DNA of 64,000 nt from Octopus vulgaris (taxonomy: Eukaryota), in NCBI GenBank assembly GCA_951406725.2, contig OX597816.1:171244001-171308000 (forward strand), in the 5' to 3' direction. Below are positions 53,408 through 64,000 of the stretch, one piece after another (position 1 is the stretch's first letter; every line of letters begins with the position of its first letter). Below the pieces are notes generated by a model. It ran no database searches. It saw only the letters and a program-made list of their open reading frames with translations, and had not been told where the DNA came from. A program made the position numbers and the translations under genes.

Positions 53408-54600
53408 CATTCCAGAAGTACTGAACCCATCACATGTAATACAAGATAGTAGGGGAAAAAAATTTTATTTTTATAAGGGGTCATAATCTGGCTTAAAATT
53501 TTGGGGACATCCATCCTGTGTATACACACACACATTCCAGAAGTACTGAACCCATCACATGTAATACAAGATAGTAGGGGGAAAAAATTAATTTTTATAA
53601 GGGGTCATAATCTGGCTTAAAATTTTGGGGACATCCATCCTGTGTATACACACACACACACACACACACATTCCAGAAGTAATGAACCCATCACATGTAA
53701 TACAAGATAGTAGGGGAAAAAAATTTAATTTTTATAAGGTGTTATAATCTGGCTTAAAATTTTGGGGACATCCATCCTGTGTATACACACACACATTCCA
53801 GAAGTACTGAACCCATCACATGTAATACAAGATAGTAGGGGGAAAAAATTTTATTTTTATAAGAGGTCATAATCTGGCTTAAAATTCAGAGGACATCCAT
53901 CCTGTGTATACACACACACACACATTCCAGAAGTACAGAACCCATCACATGTAATACAAGATAGTAGGGGGAAAAATTTTTATTTTTATAAGGGTTCATA
54001 ATCTGGCTTAAAATTTTGGGGACATCCATCCTGTGTATACATACACACATACATACACACACATTCCAGAAGTACTGAACCCATCACATGTAATACAAGA
54101 TAGTAGGGGGAAAAAATTTTATTTTTATAAGAGGTCATAATCTGGCTTAAAATTCAGAGGACATCCATCCTGTGTATACACACACACACACATTCCAGAA
54201 GTACAGAACCCATCACATGTAATACAAGATAGTAGGGGGAAAAAATTAATTTTTATAAGGGGTCATAATCTGGCTTAAAATTCAGAGGACATCCATCCTG
54301 TGTATACACACACACACACATTCCAGAAGTACTGAACCCATCACATCACATGTAATACAAGATAGTAGGGGGAAAAAAATTAATTTTTATAAGGGGTCAT
54401 AATCTGGCTTAAAATTTTGGGGACATCCATCCCGTTTATACATATACAGACACACATTCCAGAAGTACTGAACCCATCTCATGTAATACAAGATAGTAGG
54501 GGGAAAAAAATTTATTTTTATAAGGGGTCATAATCTGGCTTAAAATTTTGGGGACATCCATCCTGTGTATACACACATACACACAAACAAACACACACAC
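53408..54600. repeat. Tandem array, 9 units of ~125-135 bp, each ending in a variable (CA)n
   Basis: Unit cattccagaagtactgaacccatcacatgtaatacaagatagtaggggg...ggggacatccatcctgtgtata(ca)n. Confidence 0.96.
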
Positions 54601-54961
54601 ACACAATCTGTGCTATAGTCAGAGTATTAGTGAAAAATATGTACTAATAAGTACACCAACTACAAAAAAAAAATTAGAAGTAAAATCCATGAGAAAAAAC
54701 TACAAAGATGGTAGTTTTCACTGGAAAAAAAAAAAACTGGAAAGAAATATTTAACAAATAGATATAAATGAAGATGTGTAAATAGAAGCAACAGTGATTT
54801 CGGTACATGAAGGAAGAGAGAGAAAAGCAACATGGCAGACTGAGGCACAACATAATGACAACAATTAAAAGTGGATCTGAAAAGATTGAAGATAAGAAAT
54901 TATAATACAAAAGCTGTCAGTGAAGCTGCATTTTTGAGAAAAAAGAAGAAAAAATACTCAC

Positions 54962-55054
54962 AGGAATTCACTGTTTGTCGGGTCTTTGCGCTGGTGCAGT
55001 ATGCTTCAATTACTCGCAAGATTATCTGGTCGTCTTCTGATTTCACAGGGTCAT
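54962..55054 (-). CDS. ARHGEF7: Internal exon of a PIX-family Rho GEF (beta-PIX/ARHGEF7-like), GIT-binding segment
   Basis: ttttccttgcttttag|AT GAC CCT...AAT TCC T|gtgagt, 93 nt, phase 1-1. Peptide DDPVKSEDDQIILRVIEAYCTSAKTRQTVNS matches vertebrate beta-PIX EEDAQILKVIEAYCTSAKTRQTLNS (recalled, not searched). Confidence 0.9.
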
Positions 55055-55203
55055 CTAAAAGCAAGGAAAAAAAAAAAAAAAGACATGTACAAAAGGAGAT
55101 ACCAGAAACCCTAGCCATTATTTTACTAAGTCAAAAGAATGAAGAGTTTATGCGCCTGGGGTTTTTATTTTTTTTTTTTTTTGGGGGGGTGCTTTTTTTT
55201 TAC

Positions 55204-55231
55204 CTATTTGTATTATATTTCTTTTAGTCAT
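55204..55231 (-). CDS. Candidate upstream coding segment (MTKRNIIQI) splicing in frame to the GIT-binding exon
   Basis: ATG ACT AAA AGA AAT ATA ATA CAA ATA G|gtaaaa; phase-1 donor, 149-nt intron, junction codon GAT. Confidence 0.4.
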
Positions 55232-57349
55232 GCATTGTTGTGACGTCCCCCCATCACCACCACCAGGTGAGAAGTAGGCTGGTCCACTACTAATAAATAG
55301 TGGAGTGACACAGTCAGTAATGTCAGCCAGCAAGGTCCGCTGTTCGGGCCAGTCCCGCAGAGACTACGAAATATGTTGTCATAATGTGGGACATAATATA
55401 CATGTACTTGTGCACAAATGTGCAAGTGGTCTTTTAGGAACAATTGTTTCAGAGCTAAATAGCTTTCTGCAAGTACTGACTCAACAATAAAATAGAAATA
55501 AAATATGCTTCTGTCAGTTAAGCAAACTGGTTCCAAGCAGAGATAAATGCCTTCACATGCACAATACAATGCTTGTAACAAGATGACCAACTGTGGAATT
55601 GGATTCGTAGATCCCCTTCCCAACCTAAAATGCAGTGATGGGTTGTTTAACTCAAAGAATTCAAGTATGCATCAAAGCAGTTGCACACAAATACAGATTT
55701 ATAATCACATGTTTTCTATATTGAGTAGATTTTACAATCTCGACATTAGCACCTGTACCAAAGCATGCACTCAAAGTACTTCAGAGCAAAATGACCTTTG
55801 TGATGGCAACCATTTGGCAATTAGCCTTTTTACCAGTTAAGAAAATAAAAAACAAAAGAAGGAACTTTAACATATGTATTCATAAAAATGTATTACACTA
55901 ATATTTAAAAAAGTTTAAAAATTTCAAGTGTATTATTCAATTGTTTATAAAAACATAATTTTCAAATATTCATGACCATTAATATTGATTTTCTTTTATA
56001 TCAGAATGTTGTTACTGGTACAAATGTAAATTTTGTGTTTATTCATTAAAGAGGGTTGCAAAATAATACAAATTATAAGTAGATACACACAGTTATAATT
56101 AGAAGTACCAACAACAAAAACATACCAAAAAAATTGTTCACACATGCATGGAGTTGAGGAAATAACAATTCTTAAACAATTTAAATTTCATATAATTATT
56201 TGTTAAATTGAATGTAACAGATCTGATTATTTCAGTTACATTTCATTTCAAGAGTGACTTTAATGTTAACACTCAACAGATTACTCAAGAAATTTATTCA
56301 CGCTCCTAAACTGATTAAACATCGTTAAAAACAATTAAACATCGAATAAACCAAACCTAATTAGTGGGATTTTTTTTTTATAAATTACAAAGCTGTGGCA
56401 AAATGTGTAAATCTGTAAATAATGGGTGGATTTTTTCTTTTTTTGTGTGTGATTTGGGATTTTAATATTTAGGGGATAAGGAAGAAAGAGAATTATGCGG
56501 GGGAAAAAAGGATGCAATATTTTACCAAAAAGAGGAAAAGTTAGAATTCTAAACTCAGGAATTATTAAATCAATGTTAACTGAATTCAATCACAGGAAAA
56601 TTATGCATTTCTGACAAAATTAGCAAATGCTATTGACATAACAGATGCAGGAAAATTAAAATGTTAAAATAATAATAATAGCATAACACATTTTAATTAC
56701 ATGCAGAACATTTATTCAACAATAACTCATGCAAATCTAATAAGGGGTTTGCATAAAAGAAATGCAGTGAGGCAAACATTTTTGAGATTTGAAGATTTTA
56801 TGATTATTGAAGTGCATGTTGTACGAAAATGAGAACAAAACATTAGGATTATCCATCTCGTGCTTCTAATGATTTACATCTCTCCTGAAATGATGTCTTT
56901 ACAAGAAAATCCCATTAAATTTGAATTTCTCTTCAGACAATAGCAATAACTGAAGATTGAATTTGGTGTAGAAATTAGATGAATGAAACACACTCCATGT
57001 GTAATTTCTTCTATTTCAATACTTTGGATAATATTCTAACACAGTCACAGCTTTCGCATCTCTTTGCAGACTAAACTGTAGAATTTTTCACACAGATGTT
57101 TAACAACTGCATAGACAATATCAAGATCCTTTACTTAAAATTTAATAAGTTGCAAGACTATACAAAATAGTGTGAAACAAAAAATAAGCGCCACCAAAAA
57201 AAAAAAACCTTAACTTTACAAGTGACCAACAGAATCAGTTGCTGACCAAGACCTGCACTAGAGCACTGCTTACATGTATGGCAGTGTTGCTACTACATAC
57301 ACAAGTAACAAAATCCACATACAAATGAAGGCCACTATATTGATTTATG

Positions 57350-57650
57350 TGGAGGCGCAATGGCCTAGTGGTTAGGGCAGCGGACTCGCAGTCGGAGGAT
57401 CGCGGTTTCGATTCCCAGACCGAGCGTTGTGTGTGTTTATTGAGCGAAAACACCTAAAAGCCCCACGAGGCTCCGGCAGGGGGTGGTGATCCCTGCTGTA
57501 CTCTTTCACCACTCTTTCTCTCACTCTTTCTTCTGTTGGCCTGCTCGCTTAGCCAGCGAGGTGGCGTCCTTCGAAGGCTAAAACGATGCGAACGCATTGT
57601 GACCAGCGATGTGTAACAACATCTGATGGTCTGGTCGGTCACGTGACATG
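57350..57650 (+). mobile_element. SINE family B with tail 3
   Basis: tRNA-like head (TGGCCTAGTGG, GTTTCGATTCC); 13-bp TSD atattgatttatg (57337-57349 / 57651-57663). Confidence 0.9.
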
Positions 57651-58371
57651 ATATTGATTTATGAGTTATTCACCAACACACTGTAAGTACTAGCTTGCTT
57701 ATGTCCCGTTTCCGCTCTCTACCTCCCCTACAATAAGAACTATCTGCTCTTCTGATCTGACAAGCCCCACACCATTTCCATTCAGGCCCACAAAATCCAC
57801 ACATCTGTCTTCCTCCCATGATTCTCATGGTGCCTCACTCTGCAGACTTCAAACTAAATAGTTTCCAGTCCTTTTTCTCACAACTGCAATTCCCTCCACA
57901 TCTAAACTTTGCCTGCACACACTAACTTTCAAATGTTCAAGCTAAACATCAATTGCATCAAACACACCAGTCTTAGAAAGTCCACAAAGGTCACAAACAC
58001 TGTTCCGCTTCTAATTCATTAAAAAAGCAACCCAACAGCAGATTAAGTCAAAAATCAAGACAGGCAAACTATAGTCAAAGACTACACCAGAGAGAATATA
58101 CTCCAAGGAAGTGTTTTGCACACTAAATGCAAATAGAATAAGGTTTCACATATGTAATTATAGTAAGTTGGAAATCAATCAACTGAGATTATCAAATTGA
58201 ATTATTAGAGAAAAGAAGCTCATCTTCTAAAAGTGTATCACCTCTAAAACTAACAAAAAACAGCAGTAAGATTAGTCTCTCAAACTGACTGATGCGAACA
58301 ACAGATCTTAAAAGGAGATCAAAACATGACTTCCTACTACTAACAAGAACAAAATATTTCCATTACAATCC

Positions 58372-58592
58372 ATTTGTGGCCGTTTGCCAGCTCCGTCTGG
58401 CACCTGTGCGGGTGGCACGTAAAAAGCACCCACTACACTCACGGAGTGGTCGGCGTTAGGAAGGGCATCCAGCCGTAAAAACACTGCCAGATCAGACTGG
58501 GCCTGATGCAGCCTTCTGGCTTCACAGACCCCCGTTGAACCGTCCAACCCATGCTAGCATGGAAAGCGGATGCTAAATGATGATGATGATGA
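58372..58592 (+). mobile_element. Family E 3' fragment
   Basis: Matches 44165-44385; (gat)n tail. Confidence 0.88.
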
Positions 58593-59145
58593 ATTACAGT
58601 TTAGCTTTCAAGATGGGATCTATTCCAATCTGCATTGTCTGTCCTATCGAAAAATTCTAATCAGTTGATATTGTTTGGCTATACCTCCTTTGCTTGTTGC
58701 TTAGAGAGGTTTTGTCTTTTTTTCCCTTCAGCTGTTTCAATAATGACAGTTGATCAAAGTTATTCAACTAATTTACATAAGTGAGACCCTATCACATCTG
58801 TGGGTAGTTGAACAACATAACTATAGTCAGACAACATAAGTGTAAACAGTGTATATAAGAGTAGTTAAACAATTTATAATCCTTTACTGTTTTACAAGCA
58901 AGGATAGAATGCTGTCATTCCCCTCCCGTTTTTCTTTACTCCTACTTTTTTAAACCACTGTATGTCCTTGTTACTTATTACTAAGTATTCAAATTTAATC
59001 AGATAACTCAAACAAAATAGAGCAAGCAGAGAAATGCATTTTGTCCAGGAGTAAAATATATGGCTAAAGGAAGGCTTGAACCTTTTTACTTAAAATCAAT
59101 AGATCAATAATTCATTATAATAATGAACTATTGATTTTAAGCTTC

Positions 59146-59436
59146 GGAGACCCCCTTCGGTCACGACACAGACCATGGGATTGCACCTAGAAAGTTACCC
59201 TCCTAGACACAAGTCCGGGCGAGGTTGTTTATGGAAGACCAGCAGTCGCCCATGCATACCAGCCTCCCTTCTCCACGCCACCGATGTTATCCAAGGGAAA
59301 GACAAAGGTCGATTCAGCTTGGCACCAGTGACGTCGCAACTCATTTCTACAGCTGAGTGAACCCGGTCCGGGATTCAAGCTCACAACCTCACGATCGTAA
59401 GCTCGACGCTCTAACCACAGAGCCATGCGCCTTCAC
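59146..59436 (-). mobile_element. SINE family C with internal deletion
   Basis: Collinear with 6181-6519 but lacks ~45 bp of core. Confidence 0.88.
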
Positions 59437-60582
59437 AATTGTAAGCTTACAGTGAAATAAATAAGAATAAATGTAAAATTTCCAAACAATTAATTTCATC
59501 TTTCATGTTACTTTGTTCCACACAAAGATTTGATCTCCTTCGTCTCTATTCCAACATATATACATATTATTAAATCAGGTTTCAACTTGTCACTTTTACT
59601 TCTAACAATGCACCTAGTCTCCAATAGTAGCTGTAAAAATGGTGAACCTAATATCAGTACACGAAGAGATAGAAAAATCCATAGATGCTGACTAAAAGAA
59701 CTAAATATCTTTTCAGCAGAATTAGTTTTGGTGGTGATAGTTATCCAAGTGAAAAGTGTTTTTTTAAACCAATCTTCTCAGTCTTACAGAATAAACAGAT
59801 TCATTGCCAAAAATAAATGGAAATAAAATAACAGCATAATAAAAATTAACATTGAGAAGAAGAAGAAAAAAACAGAAATAAGAGAAAACCAAACAAATGT
59901 GCAAGCTTTCGACAGTAAACAAAACATCAAAGTGCATTCCTGGCAGTCACAAAAAGAGTTTATGCAAAAAAGCAAACTGGACAACAAAAAGAAAAGTTTA
60001 TAAAATTAGTGAAGGTAATATAATATTCATGGAACTGTAGGAGAAACAGTAGAGTAAAAAGAGCTGGTGATGTTACAGAGGTGGTGGAGTTGATGGTGAT
60101 GATGATGATGATGATGATGACGATGATGATGTGGTGATGGTGTAGTTGATAGAGGGTTTAGCTGCAGGTTAGCTCTGAACAAACCAATAATCAAAGGTAT
60201 ACCAGCCTTCACTACCCTGCATCCCTTTTTTTCAGAATGGCAAAGGTGTGATCTGACAGAAATACGGCTGCTATTTCTAGCAAATCGAACAACTGCATAG
60301 AGGTTTCTCACAGTGATGGTAATGATAGCAGTGATGGTGGTGGTGGTGGTGGTGGTGTCAGCAGTAGACCAACAATGACAATGATAGTGGTGATGATAAT
60401 AGGAGTGTTATGATTGTAATATGTGGAAACAACGATAATGGTGTGGCAGGTGATGCCTTCCGAACAAAGGATTTGGCAACTGTAAATTCCAGGCTAATCA
60501 GCAAGAGGATTTGGCTACTGTCATTCCTATACTAATCACTAATTATCAATTAATTTAAAGCTGAGTCTTTCAGACAGATGGT

Positions 60583-61159
60583 TTACCTTTTAGCATACTC
60601 AGTCAAATGTGATGCTTATTCACACATGTGGAGGCGCAATGGCCCAGTGGTTAGGGCAGCGGACTCGCAGTCGTAGGATCGCGGTTTCGATTCCCAGACT
60701 GGGTGTTGTGAGTGTTTATTGAGCGAAAACACCTAAAAGCTCCACGAGGCTCCGGCAGGGTATGGTGGTGATCCCTGCTGTACTCTTTCACCACAACTTT
60801 CTCTCACTCTTACTTCCTGTTTCTGTTGTACCTGTATTTCAAAGGGCCGGCCTTGTCACTCTCTGTGTCACGCTGAATACCCCCGAGAACTACGTTAAGG
60901 GTACACGTGTCTGTGGAGTGCTCAGCCACTTACACGTTAATTTCACGAGCAGGTTGTTCCGTTGATTCGGATCAACCGGAACCCTCATCACCGTAACCGA
61001 CAGAGTGCTTCCATCCCCATTATTCACATTGTTTTGAATTAATCATGTATTATCATACAACTTCAAACTTTCAATGATACAATTCATTATTTCTAAAATG
61101 ACATTGTAGGATAGGTGTGAGAGACTGGATCTGGTTGGTGTAAATGCTAAAGTGTTAAC
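60583..61159. mobile_element. MITE family 2 split by a family B SINE
   Basis: Degenerate ends ttaccttttagc / gctaaagtgttaa; body resumes after the duplicated ttattcaca. Confidence 0.7.
60628..61018 (+). mobile_element. SINE family B head with tail 2
   Basis: Head as at 57350; tail as at 45527-45695; TSD ttattcaca. Confidence 0.9.
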
Positions 61160-61326
61160 ATGCTAGTAATAAAGCATAATCAAATAAAGACTTTTCAACT
61201 CAGAATCCAACCAACAGTATATATACTCTCGGCAATGCTGAGATAACAGTAAGAGTGGAGTTAGTACGGTGATGACATGATGTTGCCAATAGGATGTAAT
61301 GAATCGGGTAAGGGTTAAGGCAATAA

Positions 61327-61556
61327 TTAACCCTTTTGTTACTAACCCAGCTGAAACTGGCTCTGGCTCTGTAGTACAAACGTCTTGTTTTCATAAGTTT
61401 TGAATTAAAATCTTCCACCAAACCTTAGTCACAATTTATGTTCCTAACACTAGCTGAATGATAACTAAGTTATTTTACTAAATTCTTTGTTGTATTTAAA
61501 GTAATTGAAAGAAACACAGAGCATCTCAAAAGAAATACAGTAACGAAAGGGTTAAA
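61327..61556. mobile_element. piggyBac-type MITE family 1
   Basis: TTAACCCTTT...AAAGGGTTAA. Confidence 0.88.
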
Positions 61557-62154
61557 GAGGCCCACACAAGTGGTACTGGAGAAATATTGACATAAATGAT
61601 ATACAAATAAATACTGAAAGAATATAAGACAATTATATTGCCATAAGTTATGAATTAGCACTAAAATGTTAGCATGAAGTTGTTGGGTTTTATAGAAGAG
61701 ACTGCATAATCTATCAAATCTGTTCATTGATCTTATCCATCATCATTATCATTGTACTATCGTTTTACCTCTACCTTCTCTGCTGGCATGGGGGAGACAC
61801 ACACATATACATACATATATACACACAGACATTTACATGAAGATGTAAGTAAAGCAATATTTGAGAGAGACAGACAGGCAGACAAAAGGAAAAAATGGAA
61901 CAAAGAGTGAACTGGAAGTTTTGATCACTGAAAGATTATTGTTCTTGTTGTTGTTATTCAGCACTAAGTCAGCTATGTTCAAGCTGAGCAATGATAAAAA
62001 GTAATCCAGTTGTCATCATCCTATCCTTCTCCAATAAGCAGAGAATGCTGGACATTATCCAACATGCCCTTTTGTGAGATGATAGGGTGTGAATTAAGGA
62101 AAATTTGACTGCTGTTTCTAATAAATCAAGCAACTGTTTACACACTCACTCATA

Positions 62155-62200
<46 letters not shown>

Positions 62201-62874
62201 ATGCAGTCGTGCATGTGTGTAGTGACAATGGGGAATATTATAAGCCACCTCTTTGCAAAATTGGCTTTTAAGCAAATGGAGATCTATGTAGTGAACTACA
62301 GATATGAAACAAGAAACAACATACACAAAAGTGATTAAGAACTTTATACATTTAGTGAAGTAAGTACAGAGCCAGTTGCATTAAGTTAAAAGAAAGGCAT
62401 GGAGGTAGAGAGAGAGAGAAAGAGATCTTGTCAAATTGGATGTGATGATAAAGGAACATGATGCTGAGAAAAATATATCTGTAGGTAAGAATTTATAACA
62501 AGAAAGAGCCCAAAGTGCTAGTCCTGATTGATTAAACAATGACATATTTGAACTGTTCAACAATATATAAATACAAGAGATGCAGGTTTAATTAATGATA
62601 AAATGGTAATGATTTTATTTTTATTTCATGAAGTAAAAGATTTATTTATTTATAAGGAAAGCAGTTTGGATTTTCATGCATATAATATTTTCCAGCAGGT
62701 TTCCTACAGAAGTTCTGTCTTGCTTCCTCTCTAAGTCAAAAAAACAAAATCCAGAATTGATTTTATTGACAATACTGGAATGTGAACTCAGAGCTATAGT
62801 ATAATGCATGAAATCCAGCAACTTAGTATCTGGACAATCTTCAATACCCTGTAGATATCATATATATATATATA

Positions 62875-63093
62875 TTTCTTTACTGCCCACAAAGGGCTAA
62901 ACATAGAGGGGACAAATAAGGGACTAAGTCGATTACATCGACCCCAGTGAGAAACTGGTACTTTATTTATCGACCCTGAAAGGATGAAAGGCAAAGTCGA
63001 CCTCGGCAGAATTTGAACTCACAACGTAACGACAGACGAAATACTGCTAAGCATTTCGCCCGGCGCGCTAACGTTTCTGCCAGCTTGCCGCCT
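62875..63093 (-). mobile_element. SINE family D
   Basis: Matches 22152-22374; flanked by atatcatatatat. Confidence 0.88.
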
Positions 63094-63747
63094 TTTTATA
63101 TCATATATATCATATATATATATTAAAAAGAATCTTTTTTTTTTATATCTCAGCAATGCCAGTTACTATTTAGATGAACATCACAGTTCTCTGACAGAAA
63201 AGTCTATCAGTATTTGAACTCAGAAAATTGAGGCACTGAATTAGATAGAATAAATTATATGTGAATCACTTTAGTTATAGAAACTTCCATTAATATATAA
63301 TTTCCACTAGGAAACAAAAATAAAAATAAAACAATTTACCATTTTAGGTGAAGAAATAGAGTCATTATCTCCTCAATTATATCTCAAGGATAGAAATGAA
63401 ATACAAGGGAAGGATATTAACTGATCAGGAGTATATCAAATGGAAAAATATATTGAATTTATTCAGCTTTGATGGGAAAATGGTATGTAAGAAAGAATGA
63501 GGAAAGATTGAAGTGCAAATACATCAAATGAAAATATAGAATTTATGAATGTTAATGAATATACGATACTTATTTGTGTAGTAACTTGAATAAAATGATG
63601 CTAAAGGAAACAGAAGTGTCATGGCTACAAAAAATACAAAAAATACAACAAACAATCATGCAACTCACAAAAACATTATTTTTTAGCACTTAGCATAAGG
63701 TTAAGAAAGAAAAATTAATTCTGATGATAGATGTCTGTTGCTGCTTC

Positions 63748-63950
63748 TGATGATGATGATGATAATGATGAAGATGAAGATGATGAAGATGATGATGAAG
63801 AAGATGATGATGAAGAAGATGATGATGATGAAGATGATGATGATGAAGATGATGATGATGATGAAGAAGATGATGAAGAAGATGATGATGATGAAGAAGA
63901 TGATGATGATGATGAAGATGATGAAGAAGATGATGATGATGATGATGATA
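63748..63950. repeat. (GAT/GAA)n trinucleotide microsatellite
   Basis: Directly visible; produces poly-D/E, poly-M/K and poly-H/L pseudo-ORFs. Confidence 0.95.
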
Positions 63951-64000
63951 AAGTGGTGGTGATGCAGTTGATAGAGATAAAATGATCAAGAAGTAAATAT

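Noticed and set aside
53408-54600. CRISPR-like repeat-spacer pattern
   Set aside because: Repeats exceed 100 bp, spacers are only (CA)n, no cas genes, eukaryotic context.
57350-57425. SINE heads as functional tRNA genes
   Set aside because: No acceptor-stem pairing; they continue into SINE bodies with TSDs.
63690-63989. Poly-D/E or poly-H protein
   Set aside because: Pure trinucleotide repeat open in several frames; no unique coding context or convincing splice sites.

Overview
AT-rich, microsatellite-dense eukaryotic DNA. The repeat families and composition suggest an octopus or other coleoid cephalopod (inference; no database search was run). The window is mostly intron of a minus-strand PIX-family RhoGEF gene (beta-PIX/ARHGEF7-like). 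One exon is clearly recognisable: the GIT-binding segment DDPVKSEDDQIILRVIEAYCTSAKTRQTVNS at 54962-55054. Candidate phase-1 exons lie at 55204-55231 (possible alternative start), 15613/15687-15794 (cassette or terminal exon with a di-Cys read-through tail, resembling vertebrate neuronal beta-PIX isoforms) and 9540-9557 (18-nt microexon). The introns also hold an intact tRNA-Thr(TGT), at least five SINE/RTE-tail families with many copies and nested insertions, decayed mariner/Tc1 transposases, piggyBac- and hAT-type MITEs and a Helitron-like element. Other contents are RTE and Penelope-like LINE fragments (one with a hammerhead-ribozyme motif), a perfect 221-bp-arm palindrome, a 750-bp foldback whose arms carry a tRNA-like head plus a hammerhead core, and several tandem arrays. 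Almost all ORFs in the supplied track are artefacts of microsatellites or SINEs.
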